A DNA stretch of 63,512 nucleotides, filler included, from Octopus bimaculoides (lineage: Eukaryota), in the NCBI RefSeq assembly GCF_001194135.2. It is 6 parts of 6 records of this genome, joined end to end, with 100 filler letters (N's around TTAATTAATTAA, not from the genome) between each part and the next. Parts side by side here need not be neighbours in the genome. Positions count along the whole stretch, not along the records: positions 21,463 to 38,976 come from NC_069009.1; positions 39,077 to 50,708 come from NC_068997.1; 4 more parts are not named here. The stretch is one strand, 5' to 3'. Position numbers and translations under genes: made by a program. The notes beneath the pieces were generated by a model. It made no database searches, was not told the DNA's origin, and worked only from the letters and a program-made list of their open reading frames with translations. Of this stretch, positions 36,392 through 48,868 are shown piece after piece (positions within the stretch are counted from its first letter, which is position 1; every line of letters begins with the position of its first letter).

Positions 36392-36744
36392 TAAATTCAA
36401 ATTACGACAAACGAAGTTTGCCTTTAGAAGCGTTGAGATGTCTTTTAGAAAGTTAAAGTGATTTTTTATTCTGCGATTGAGAATTTAAAAAATCACTTCT
36501 TTAACTTTCTAAAAGACATCTCAACGCTTCTAAAAGCAAACTTCGTTTGTTTATTTACGTTTGTCGTAATTTGAATTTAACATATGAGAGCGTCTCATAA
36601 AGCGTGATTTATATATCATAATTTGCAGAGGAATTTGTAGTGGGTAGTTTAGCTTAATCGGTCAAAGCATCGTGACATGTAATCATGGGGATGTGAGTTT
36701 GAGTCCACAGCTAGCCACCTACACTTTTCTCTGCAAAATAGGGG
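36392..36744. mobile_element. ~350-bp insertion with 12-bp direct repeats, made of a foldback plus a tRNA-like module
   Basis: tagtttttatgt at 36380-36391 and 36745-36756. Palindrome 36388-36583. Confidence 0.7.
36643..36717 (+). pseudogene. Degenerate tRNA-like sequence (anticodon TGT, Thr)
   Basis: GGTAGTT-TA-GCTT-AATCGGTCA-AAGC; stem CGTGA/TCATG with loop CATGTAA; decayed T-loop gagtttgagtcc. U33 and TTC are altered, so probably not a functional tRNA. Confidence 0.6.
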
Positions 36745-37093
36745 TAGTTTTTATGTATTAAATGGTTATAGAGCCCACCAGAACAAAATATTAATCAAAA
36801 GAGGCCCACACGAACAAAATAGTAAAATAGGGATCTGTGGTAGTATTTTAAAGGTCCATGAAAAAATTGTCCTTTAGTTGTATTTATTGCAAGAAACAGT
36901 TAGGTTTCCCTCTCTAATGTTTTACATAGGTCAACCTACAGAAGTTAATGTGTGAAAAAGCAAAATAGGAATTTTGAAAGAAGTTTCTATAAAACTAGTT
37001 TTTAAACATTGTATGACTTTGGCGGTCCACCGGAATAAAATCGTAATCAAAAGGGGTCCATAGATATGAATTATGATCATGTAATGTCTATTG

Positions 37094-37228
37094 TCCAGGC
37101 TGGTATGGGTTGGACGGTGTGACCCGAACTGACAAGCTGGGGAGTTGCACCAGACTCCAGTCAGATTTGGTGTGATTTCTATGGCTGGATGCGCTTCCTA
37201 ATGCCAACTACTTTGCAGAGTGTGCTGG
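37094..37228 (-). mobile_element. Family D fragment
   Basis: gctggtatgggttggacgg...tttctatggctggatgcgcttcctaatgccaac. Confidence 0.75.
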
Positions 37229-37712
37229 ATGTCACATGCATGTAACAAAATGCTGAAGATTTCCCCTCAGAATCGTCCGCATAAACGAAGATGAGATGTG
37301 CACCGCCATCTTGTGCTGTGAGCAGTGAATGCAACGAGGCATATGATTGGTCGACATAGGAATCATCTTCCAAAATGCAAATTAAACGACCATGCTGGTT
37401 GGTTTATGATTATTCTGGAAAATTACTTATTTTTCCCACATTTTCTCAATTTTCTATAAAATCTGCTACTTTTACGCTTGGCTCGTTTGAGGGATGACTT
37501 TTATTATATTTCTAAGTAATTCATTAGAATTTGAGGTGGTTACCTGATGGTGGTCATAAAAAGTCGATGTTTGGGGCTTTGCATTTACTAAATTGATGGG
37601 ATTATGTTATTAATAATGATGGGAAATATCTTGATTACATATGTCTGTTAAGGCCAAAGAAGCATTTCTTTTTGTTCCATCTTGAAAACAACAGAACTTT
37701 CTTTCTATCAGA

Positions 37713-38227
37713 CAGTGAGCTGGCAGAGTCGTTAGCATGCTGGTCAAAATGCTCAACAGCATCTTGTCTGTCGTTATGTTTTGAGTTCAAATTCTCTCAG
37801 GGTTGACAGCTTTTCGTTCTTTCAGGATAGATAAAATAAGTACCAGGTGACGACTGGGGTCAATGCAATTGACTTACCCACCTCCTCTCAGATTGCTGGC
37901 TTTGTGCTGCCAAAATTTGAAACCAATATTTACATCATGATTCCTTCATTATCATGAAGCTGAATGTTAATTTGTAAATGTCACTGTAATCTTCCACTTA
38001 ATTATAAATGTAAAATAAGGTGGCAGGCTGGCAGAATCGTTAGCACGCTTGGCAAAATTCTTAGCGACATTTTATCCATCTTTACGTTTTGAGTTCAAAT
38101 TCTACCCAGATCGACTTTGCCTTTTATCCTTTCAGGGTGTGTAAAATAAGTACCAGATGAACACTAGGGTCGATGTAATTGGCTTACCCCCTACCCCCAA
38201 ATTGCTGGTGCCAAAATTTGAAATCAA
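37713..38227 (+). mobile_element. Two tandem SINE family B copies
   Basis: gagctggcagagtcgttagc at ~37717 and ggctggcagaatcgttagc at ~38026. Confidence 0.85.
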
Positions 38228-38795
38228 TATAAATTTAAAGTGATATAATTTATGAATAATTATCATCAATGTTTTTTTTTTTCATGTCCATTCTGAATGC
38301 TGGGTTTGATATGTATGTTTTACAAAATATCACCACATTTTCTCAATCTTTTATTTTCTGACTGTGAAGCCCAGAATTGTTAGTTTTTTTCTTTTTTTAA
38401 TCTTGTTATTCTTTATGGATATGTTTTAAATAAACTGAAATTTAAATAAAGCTGATTTTATACCCAAATTATTTTGTTATTTTGTACATAAAACACCCAA
38501 CCGTTAACTACAGAATTCACAGATTTGATCAATGTGTGGTAAAAGTTTCATGTTTCTCCAAACTGATCCTGTCTAACTGTTCAGTTGAAACTTATATGTT
38601 ATTTGTTGACATTATTTGATTAAAAAAATCAATATTAGTCATTACCTGTCGCTATGCTTTCGGGTAACGACCTAGTCAAGATGAAATAAATCCTTCAGTA
38701 GAAGCCTACTACAATAATTACATTGATATGCTCAACAACATACTGCTTTTCTTTTTCTTGAAACAGATTTTAATTCTATTTTTCACACACACGCA

Positions 38796-38827
<32 letters not shown>

Positions 38828-39262
38828 TAACAACAACTTGTCATTATAGTGAAAGCCTTTTCTTAAAGCTTGTGCTGCCTTGTCTATATGTTGAAAGACA
38901 TTCAGAAATGCACACACACAAACAGCCAAAAAGATAACCATAAGTTGTATATATATATATATATATATAAGGTTTTNNNNNNNNNNNNNNNNNNNNNNNN
39001 NNNNNNNNNNNNNNNNNNNNTTAATTAATTAANNNNNNNNNNNNNNNNNNNNNNNNNNNNNNNNNNNNNNNNNNNNTATATATATATATATATGACTCTA
39101 TGTTTGTGTATATACACACACATAGTATCTAATTCATGCTAGCATTGAACATGGACATTGGTTGATGACAATATATTTGCATGTATGCATATCTATGTAC
39201 ATGTATGTATATTTAAGTATATATATGTATTATTTATATCATTTATATATATTTATGTGTAT

Positions 39263-39295
<33 letters not shown>

Positions 39296-39944
39296 GGGTC
39301 CACTCTTAGTGCTACTGGTAACATTTAATCCAACGCAATCTGTTGTCTGGTCAGGCCATTAGCAACTGATCTGGCAGCCCTATGAAGTCTGCTTGGTAAG
39401 GGACGTGGTTTTCGTTGGACATCCCACAGGAGGTGAAACAAAACCAGTTTAAGGATGGATGAACTCAATAGAATCTTCAGCCATCCAACAGTTAAGTATG
39501 TATGACTCCTAGCCACTGGGCATGGAGGACCCATAGTTCTCATTAGAATTTACTTGTAGGAGAAAGTAAACTTGTATAAAAAATATGAGGAAAAGTTGGT
39601 TTTCTGGTCGTCTCAACCTCTGTTGTGCGACTGGTGTTATTGCGGATTGTGCTGAAACATCCATTCAAAGCAAATTCACAGACCAGAGCTTCTTGCATTC
39701 TCAGAACGGTACATGGACATACAATAAAAGTCCTACAGTGGTGGGAGCACAGAGAAGCATACAAGCCTAACAACTTGGGCCATTGGTTGCATCATCTTCA
39801 GGTGTGGCAATGGAGGGATTCGGCAGCACTGTGAGTGACTTAGCAACCATTTTCAGGGATAGCCCTGCTGACTTGCTAGCAGGAGGGACCTAGAAAAGGT
39901 ACTTCTGTGATGTGTGTGTGTGTATATATACATACATACATACA

Positions 39945-40054
<110 letters not shown>

Positions 40055-42964
40055 TATACACACACACACACACATACGCAATAGAGACCAGTTGCCATAT
40101 TCCCTTCCATATCAGCTAACTCTGATGAGCATAAGGTTATATAATTAGATTGTCATCTAATACTCCATTTTATTTCTTGCACGAAACCAATTGTAAGATC
40201 AACCATGATGGCTATATAATACTATATATTTCAGATAATATATATACATACACATACATGCACACATGCTTCTCTCTTTCTCTCTCCCCCACCCCCATAC
40301 ACACTCAGAAATAACACCACTACTCCTTCCATACTTGAGTCTTTCACAAAGATTTATTTCCATTTTTTTTCTTTAAAAAATGTGTGTTGGTGTTTATGTA
40401 AGTGTATGTTGACATGTGTATATGTGAGAGTGTATGTATATTGCTGTGTGCATGTATGTGTATGTTTGCATATTTGTATATGTGTTGGAGGGATTGAAAG
40501 TTAATTTGCTGAATCAATTAAAATGTTTTTCCTAATTCTGAATATTTTGGTTTAGAAAAAGAGACAATTATAGTAGAAGACATTCAATATTGTTTGTGTG
40601 TGAGAGAGAGAGATTGTTGAAATGCTTGAGTGGAGGCATGTAGATGTGTGCTGTGTACAAGAGGGACTCAAAGATATTTTCGATGCCCCACCTACCCCAC
40701 TAAATAAAAAGTATGATAAATCAGATTAAATTTGTGCCCTTTCACCCCTGCACCAAGGGACGACTGTACTCCCTAACCTCTGACATAATTTTCATTTACC
40801 CAGCCACACTATCTTTCTCTAATCTTTGTTATCTTGCTGGACAATAAGCTAATCAACAATGTTAATGACAAGACCTCACTGAAACCTCCTTGTGGTTGAC
40901 CAATATGCTAGGCATAGCAACTAAATTTCCCTCAAATCTCTCTTTACTGTCTTATAAAGGCCTAGCTTTTCCTCTTTTGGCATCTTGTGCTGGTCATTCT
41001 ATTGTTTGGTGTATTATGTCTTTTGCCTAGGAATATCTGCGCTTCATTGTTTCTTCATCAGTTCTAGACACTCCAAATGACAAAGACAAAGGGAAGTTCT
41101 TTGATAATATACCTTTGTTTATATCTAGATCCACCTTTGTTTATATCTCAATAGTTGCTGGTCAGGAAACTAAACACTAATATCAACAACAGCATCATGG
41201 AAATGGGGAATCTTTATCAAAGACAAAATTCTTCGATTTGATTTGGTAGATTTCCAAAGTACTTCTTTCAACTACCTTTCTTTTTCTCTCCTGCACTCAT
41301 AAAGCACCTCTTGCCAAATTCTACAAATTCTCCAGTTTTCACTCACATTTGAGGGTTGTTTTGTTTTTGTTGTTTTCTTACCACCCTGCAACATGAACTG
41401 GAACCTTAGAATGAAGTTCCAAATCTGTAACTTGTATCTGATTGCATCCAAAAATAATAAAACTATTTTCATTTCCACAACTAATTCAATTCTTGAAAAT
41501 TTTTGGCACACCTCCCACTCCATAGACTACTTTCTGATATAAAATCACGTTTATGGCTACAATTCTTCACTCTAATTAGAGAATGCCTTTATCTTTTTTC
41601 ATCATTTTTCTTTTTTTTTTATCTTTTTTTTTTCTTTTTTGTCTTTTTAACACTTTCAATTGAAAGTTGAAGAAATTCTTTTTGCTGTCTCATCTACAAA
41701 CCTTGTTTCAGACTGCTGATGGAATATTTGTACTTTGTAGTTGTGCTATAAATACCAGACAGAAATATCATAACAAAATGATTTCTTTAAGCTTTCTTTA
41801 ACTCTCATCTCACCTGAAATGAAAGAAAAGGATTACCACAAAATCTAAGACAACTTCTTGTGAAGCTCTCTCTCTAGATTGGTGATTTCCAACTTGTTTT
41901 AGTTCACCTATTTTCGTACCTCCTTACCCTAAAGCTACATTAAACACCTGAGCTTTTCCTTTGAGCTATAATAAATACTTGTACCTTACCTTAGAACTAC
42001 AGTAAATACGAGCCTTGCCTTAGACCTGAGTCCACCTAAGTTGACTTTTACTACCAAAATTTCAATCATGCATGGAATGAAAACCCCTCAAAGTTGCTAT
42101 AAATGCCAGACCCCATAGTCTTCTTATCATTTTTACCTGTAAGCCTACATTTTACAATGGAGTAGCACTTATTCATGCATTCACACAATAGGATAGTGCT
42201 TATTCATCCACACGCGCACACACACACACACACACTAAATAATGCCAACAATCCACCATTAAGACCATAAAATTCATTCTAACCTTCAATCACAGCAAAT
42301 TCATTTAAAGCAGAAAACAGTAATTATTGTAGAAGTCAGTTTTAGTCCTCACTAAGGTGTAATGAGAAATGGTAGGTGTGTGGTGAGGTGAGCAGATGGG
42401 TGGGTGAGTAGGTGTATGATGGGGTGGGTGGGTGTTGTGATAGGTATGTAGCTATGTACAGTGAAGTATATAGGTGTGTGTTCAGATAGCTAGATGTGTA
42501 GTGAGGTAGATAGGTGCATAATGAAGTGTGAATATGCTGAGGTGGGTAGTTATGTGTTGAAGTATGTGGGTGTGTACTGTGAGATAGATAGGTAGGTATT
42601 TTCTTTTACCACTTACTAAGTCCACCAAAAACTTTCCTTCTCCTCCCCACTCTCTTCCCCTGCATTGTAAGTGTCTCCAGTGGAAGATTTCTCCATTCGG
42701 AGAAAGTTATCAGGAAACATTTTTGTTTTCTTTTTTTCTTTTTTACCTTTCTAGTTTGTTGTTGTTGGCAAACATTTACTGATTCATTCATAAAATCTCC
42801 TTCACAGTTGTTCCTCCTGCAACCTTGACTCTGTCTGTTGCTATTGGCACTGTTTTAACAATGTTTACTAACCACCTGCTAAATTTTATTGCTGGAGAGT
42901 TTGGTGGCATTTAAAAAAAAAATTTACTCATTTATCATTACTTTTATTATCATTATTATTATTA

Positions 42965-43426
42965 TAAAGGTGGCAAGTTGGCAGAATCATTATAGTGTAC
43001 CAAGCAGAATGCGTAGCAGCATTTTGTCCATTTTTACGTTCTGGGTTCAAATTCCACCAGGGTCGACTTTACCTTTCATCCTTTTGGGGGTCAATAAAAT
43101 AAGTACCAGTTGAGCACTGGGGTCAATGTAATCGACTTAGCTCCACCCCTGAAATTTTCTGGCCTAGTACCAAAATTAGAAACCATTGCCATAAAGGTGG
43201 TGAGTTTACAGAATCATTAGAGCATCAGAAGAAGTGCTTTGTGATATTTCTCTCTATGTTCTGGGTTCAAATTCCGCCAAGGTCAACTTTGCTTTTCATC
43301 CTTTTAGAGTCAATATGAACCAGTTGAGGACTGGGGTCAACGTCATTAACTAATACCATACCCCTAAAATATCTGGCCTTCTAGCAAAATTACAAAGAAT
43401 CACTATTAGGCCTTGTACTGATAGAA

Positions 43427-43478
<52 letters not shown>

Positions 43479-43700
43479 ATAATAAGGCTGTGAGTCAGCA
43501 GAATTGTTAGCACGTCAGGCAAAATGCTGAGCAGCATTTCATCCATCTTGACATTCTGAGTTCAAATTCCACCGAGGTTGACTTTGTCTTTCATCCTTTC
43601 GGTGTCAATAAATTAAGTGCCAGTGAAACACGGGTTGATGTAATTGGCTGGTCCCCTCTCCCAAAATTTCAGGCCTTGTGCCTAGAGTAGAAAGGATTAG
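42965..43700 (+). mobile_element. Three head-to-tail SINE family B copies with (AGT)n tracts
   Basis: Heads at ~42968, ~43195 and ~43487. (agt)n at 43430-43477 and after 43698. Confidence 0.85.
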
Positions 43701-43859
43701 TAGTAGTAGTAGTAGGAGGAGGAGGAGGAGGAGGAGGAGGAGTTGCTGCTGCTGCTGCTGCTGNNNNNNNNNNNNNNNNNNNNNNNNNNNNNNNNNNNNN
43801 NNNNNNNNNNNNNNNNNNNNNNNNNNNNNNNNNNNNNNNNNNNNNNNNNNTGGTGGTGG

Positions 43860-43893
<34 letters not shown>

Positions 43894-44237
43894 AGGTTGC
43901 AGTTTATCAGGTTTTAATTTTCAGACCAAAACAGTAATTTAAGTTACGGGACTGTGGATTGTAACATTAATTTTTTCAGCAAAAATATGACCCCTGTGCA
44001 TGATTACTCATTTATAATAAGCCCCTGTTATTGAAAAGGCTCCCCACTTCTTGCACTAACATTTTCACAAGAGTTTCTAGAAATAGCAACCATATCTCTC
44101 TTGATTATATTGAGTTATGTAGTCCTCAATATAATTATTGTCATTATCATATTACATCCACTTTTCCATGTTTGCATGGGCCACACAGGGTTTATTAAAG
44201 CAGACTTCCTACAAGTGGATATATATATATATATATC

Positions 44238-44650
44238 CTGACTGGTCCTGTGCCGGTGGCATGTAAAAAGCACCATTTGAGCATGATCGTTGCTAGTACC
44301 ATATGACTGGCTCCCATGCCAGTGGCACGTAAAAAGCATCATTTGAGCATGGCCGATGCCAGTGCCGGCTGACTGGTCCCGTGCTGGTGGCATGTAAAAA
44401 GCACCATTCAAGCATGGCCACTGCCAATACCGCCTGACTGTCCCTCGTGCCAGTGGCACGTAAAAGGCACCCACTACACTCTTGGAATGGTTGGCATTAG
44501 GAAGCGCATCCAGCTGTAGAAACATTGCCAGATCGGATTGAAGCCTGGTGCAGCCTTCTGGCTCGACAGTCCTCAGTCAAATCGTCCAACCCATGCCAGC
44601 ATAGAAAGCAGATGTTAAACAACGACAATGATGATTATGATGATGATGAG
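44238..44650 (+). mobile_element. Family D element with internal ~65-bp tandem units
   Basis: tgactgg..cc.tgcc.gtggca.gtaaaaagcacc repeated three times plus a partial fourth, then the family D 3' end and (gat)n tail. Confidence 0.85.
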
Positions 44651-44959
44651 AGAGAGAGAGAAAGCTAGATTTTCTTCCCTCTCTCTCTCTCTCTCTTTCC
44701 CCCTTCCCCTCTGTATTGTGTATGCTTTCTTTGATTCATCTGCATCTAACCTGCTTCTTTCCAATTACCATCTTCACACCTCATTGAATCAGTCGTAGAT
44801 ACATTTTTGTTTTACACTATCACATGATCTCTTTACACACACACACACACTTCATTGTACTACTCTTGTGAGACATCTCTTATATGTGCACCATGCTGCT
44901 CTATTTTGTGTATATATGTATATATATTTGCGTGTGTGTTTGTCTGCACACACACACTG

Positions 44960-45006
<47 letters not shown>

Positions 45007-45544
45007 NNNNNNNNNNNNNNNNNNNNNNNNNNNNNNNNNNNNNNNNNNNNNNNNNNNNNNNNNNNNNNNNNNNNNNNNNNNNNNNNNNNNNNNNNNNNNN
45101 NNNNNNNNNNNNNNNNNNNNNNNNNNNNNNNNNNNNNNNNNNNNNNNNNNNNNNNNNNNNNNNNNNNNNNNNNNNNNNNNNNNNNNNNNNNNNNNNNNNN
45201 NNNNNNNNNNNNNNNNNNNNNNNNNNNNNNNNNNNNNNNNNNNNNNNNNNNNNNNNNNNNNNNNNNNNNNNNNNNNNNNNNNNNNNNNNNNNNNNNNNNN
45301 NNTGAAGATAAGCAACAAAAATTCAATAGGTTATAGCAGTACGTATGTTTCGTACAAGCTCCATTTATTCATGTAGTGAGAACACCACAGAATGTACAAT
45401 GAAAATGTACTCCTCAGCTGCATAATGGAACAGCAGCATAGTCGAGATGGTATGTTTTCTTCTCTTACTCTTGTTTTTTGCAAACATCTTCAAAATGACT
45501 TTCTAAAATGAAATTCCATTATGCAGCTGAGGAGTACATATATA

Positions 45545-45720
45545 TGTCAAGTCTATTTAGAAGTGCTTGAAATTCTTTATGTCTCTGTATACTTTCATAC
45601 CAAAGAATGAAGCAGTCATCCAAATACCTCTTCCAATCAAAATCCAGAACCTACATCCTTCGTAAATATTTCTTCAGATCTGCTATTACCTACCTACCGA
45701 GCCTTCACAAAAGTAAAAGA
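45545..45720 (-). mobile_element. Penelope-like retroelement RT remnant
   Basis: DFDWKRYLDDCFILWYESIQRHKEFQALLNRL matches the Penelope W.RY.DDCF..W...L..F...LN motif. Confidence 0.7.
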
Positions 45721-46992
45721 GAGAGAGATAGAAAAGAGGAAAATGTCCCATGTTTTAGAAAGCTATGGAAATATTTTTTAAAAACATTTCACTTAATCTT
45801 TCCACAATTTGTTTTTCTACTCTATGTTGAAAAAGTTGCCAAGACTGAAACTGGTACTAAAATGTTCTTCGTGATAAAATTATTTTAGCATTTTCTACCT
45901 TGTCCTAATTTCCTTATATATATATATATATATATATNNNNNNNNNNNNNNNNNNNNNNNNNNNNNNNNNNNNNNNNNNNNNNNNNNNNNNNNNNNNNNN
46001 NNNNNNNNNNNNNNNNNNNNNNNNNNNNNNNNNNNNNNNNNNNNNNNNNNNNNNNNNNNNNNNNNNNNNNNNNNNNNNNNNNNNNNNNNNNNNNNNNNNN
46101 NNNNNNNNNNNNNNNNNNNNNNNNNNNNNNNNNNNNNNNNNNNNNNNNNNNNNNNNNNNNNNNNNNNNNNNNNNNNNNNNNNNNNNNNNNNNNNNNNNNN
46201 NNNNNNNNNNNNNNNNNNNNNNNNNNNNNNNNNNNNNNNNNNNNNNNNNNNNNNNNNNNNNNNNNNNNNNNNNNNNNNNNNNNNNNNNNNNNNNNNNNNN
46301 NNNNNNNNNNNNNNNNNNNNNNNNNNNNNNNNNNNNNNNNNNNNNNNNNNNNNNNNNNNNNNNNNNNNNNNNNNNNNNNNNNNNNNNNNNNNNNNNNNNN
46401 NNNNNNNNNNNNNNNNNNNNNNNNNNNNNNNNNNNNNNNNNNNNNNNNNNNNNNNNNNNNNNNNNNNNNNNNNNNNNNNNNNNNNNNNNNNNNNNNNNNN
46501 NNNNNNNNNNNNNNNNNNNNNNNNNNNNNNNNNNNNNNNNNNNNNNNNNNNNNNNNNNNNNNNNNNNNNNNNNNNNNNNNNNNNNNNNNNNNNNNNNNNN
46601 NNNNNNNNNNNNNNNNNNNNNNNNNNNNNNNNNNNNNNNNNATATATATATATATATATACACACGTGTGTAACTGAGAGAGAGATAGCAGCTAAAATTC
46701 AAACTCCCATTAATAAAACCACCCTGTTTCAACTTACCCTTCTGTGAAGCTGTTTTGATTTAACAAAGGACACATACATTTATAAGTACATTACTTAGCT
46801 TTCTGTTAGAAAGCCTGAAATTACTTGTTTTATGGATTTTTTTTCTGTAGCTGTCATGTATAGATTAAATCAGGGAGGGTAAAAGGGGGTGGTGGTGAGG
46901 ACAAATCTGTCCCTTATCTGGAAGGACAACACCCATCCTCACCTGATAATTTCTCAGCTTGCTTCATTGGCTTGAAAATTTGATTACTGTAC

Positions 46993-47046
<54 letters not shown>

Positions 47047-47197
47047 ATGTGCACTTGTGCCTGTTCAGCTGTGGGTGTGCGTATGTGTGCGTGCATCTAT
47101 ACATACATATGTTGCTAACATTGCAATTATAAATAACATTGCCATCACATAAATAACAACAATATATTGACCCAGAGCAGATCTAGTCTAGCTGACT

Positions 47198-47242
<45 letters not shown>

Positions 47243-47618
47243 CATCATCATCACTACTACAGCTATTACTACTACCACCACCTCTGCCACTCCTGCTACT
47301 ACCACCAGTATCACTATCACCATCACTACCACCTCCACCACCACCACCACCACTACTAATGATTTATTGCTAGTGAATTGATTATAATCTTTGTTGTTGT
47401 TGTTATTATCAGCTCAACTCCCAATCAAAACACATCTACTTAAACCATATTATCCTCTGAGGTTTTGAGGTTAGATTTACACCACACACACTCACACACA
47501 CACCTTGTATCATCACTTCAAGGTTTACTGGAGAGATTTTTTTATCAGTCTTCTCACTCCCTCTCTTCTCTCTTTCTTTCATTTACTCCTCTCTCCTCTT
47601 CTGATTCACTCTCCTTCT

Positions 47619-47656
<38 letters not shown>

Positions 47657-48606
47657 TCTCTCACTCTCCTCCTCTTTCTTTCCCTCTTCTCTCTTTCTCC
47701 ACTAACAAATACAGTGATGAAATGGTCATCTGAATGTTTTAGTCTTTTAACTTAGATGACCTGACATTTTTGGTAGCTTTGGGATACACAAACAAGGCAA
47801 ACAGAGTGGGAGAGTGGGACAGAAGTACCATGGAGATTCTGTGACCAGTAATTTGTTGTTTCCAGTGCTTTTGCGGGGTTAATTTTGGAGAATTTGGCTT
47901 TGATTTTTGCAAGAAGAAACATTTCTCAGACGCAAAGCACAGAAACCCTAACCATGCAGCCAGGACTTGTTGTTACCTTCCCCAGGTGTGTATCACTAGC
48001 ACCTTTGCACAAAAGAAACTGTATGCATGTGTTTCTGTGTGTCCATGACCATGTGTTTGTGTATGTCTGTGTCCATTCATGTGCATGCATGTATGTCTAT
48101 GTCCATGTCTGTATTTGCTTTCTTGTGTATATGTGTGTAACCATATCTGAGGGTGGAGGGAGGCCATATATTCATGTGTGTCTGTGCCTGTATGTTTGCC
48201 AATGTTCCATCTTTGTGTATGTATCTATACATGTGTTTGCATCTACATGTGGGTTCAAATCTGTGTGTGTCTATATGTGTATCTGCATCCTCATGTCAGT
48301 ATGTCCATATCTGTATGTATATACATATGTATATATGTCCATATGTGTCCACTTCCCCATGTGTTTGTGTCTCTGTGTATATCTACATCCATATGTGTAT
48401 GCACATGTCCAAGTATGTGTCAATGTATGCCTCACGTCTTTGCGTGAATGTGTGTGTATGTGCCCACATCTGTGCATTTGTGTTGAACAATTGCTTTATT
48501 TTAAACTATATTAGAAAACGTAAAGAAGAAACTGAAGAATTGTTAATAATTGTGAAGTAAGAATAGTATTTGTAGTGCAAAAAACCAATGTAGAAACATT
48601 GGTTTT

Positions 48607-48868
48607 CAGAGTTTCTCAACCATTTTTTACCTGTGAACCCCTTTGATTTCTATTTTACTTGGATGTACCCGCCTAACCATTTGATATTTTAAAAGAAACA
48701 ATTTTATTTTTGAAATTGAATATTATTAGGAATTGTATGCACAAAATTGTTAAACTATTTTGTGCATTGTAGAAGGATAACCAATTTATTGCAAATAAAT
48801 GTTAACAACAACATCTTATATGGAACCCCATCCCCCCAGGACCATAAGGACTCAGGTTGAGAACCACT
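48607..48868. mobile_element. ~260-bp hAT-type MITE
   Basis: cagagtttctcaacc ... ggttgagaaccactg. Homologous to 26435-26690. Confidence 0.75.

Larger units (their letters stand above)
35691..37075. repeat. hAT-like element with about four ~200-250-bp internal tandem units, interrupted by an insertion
   Basis: Starts caatggttctgaactgggg. Recurring ggggtccacc..aataaaat..aatcaaaag / caagaaac..gtttc / ctata.aactagttttt. Confidence 0.7.

Noticed and set aside
36560-36625. Possible hammerhead ribozyme in the hairpin/tRNA insertion
   Set aside because: Minus strand has ttatgag-acgc-tctc but lacks intact CUGAUGA and GAAA core boxes.
39300-39860. GC-richer segment with several short ORFs
   Set aside because: Probably a very old LINE fragment. 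No motif was clear enough to call.
47900-47990. Possible plus-strand first exon MQPGLVVTFP|gtgtgt
   Set aside because: Weak donor running into a TG repeat, and no downstream partner exon found.
47885-48560. Long ORFs (209 aa and 135 aa) rich in C, V, M and Y
   Set aside because: Degenerate TG/TA simple repeat that is stop-poor by composition. The same holds for ORFs over (AC)n, (AT)n, (AG)n and N runs elsewhere.
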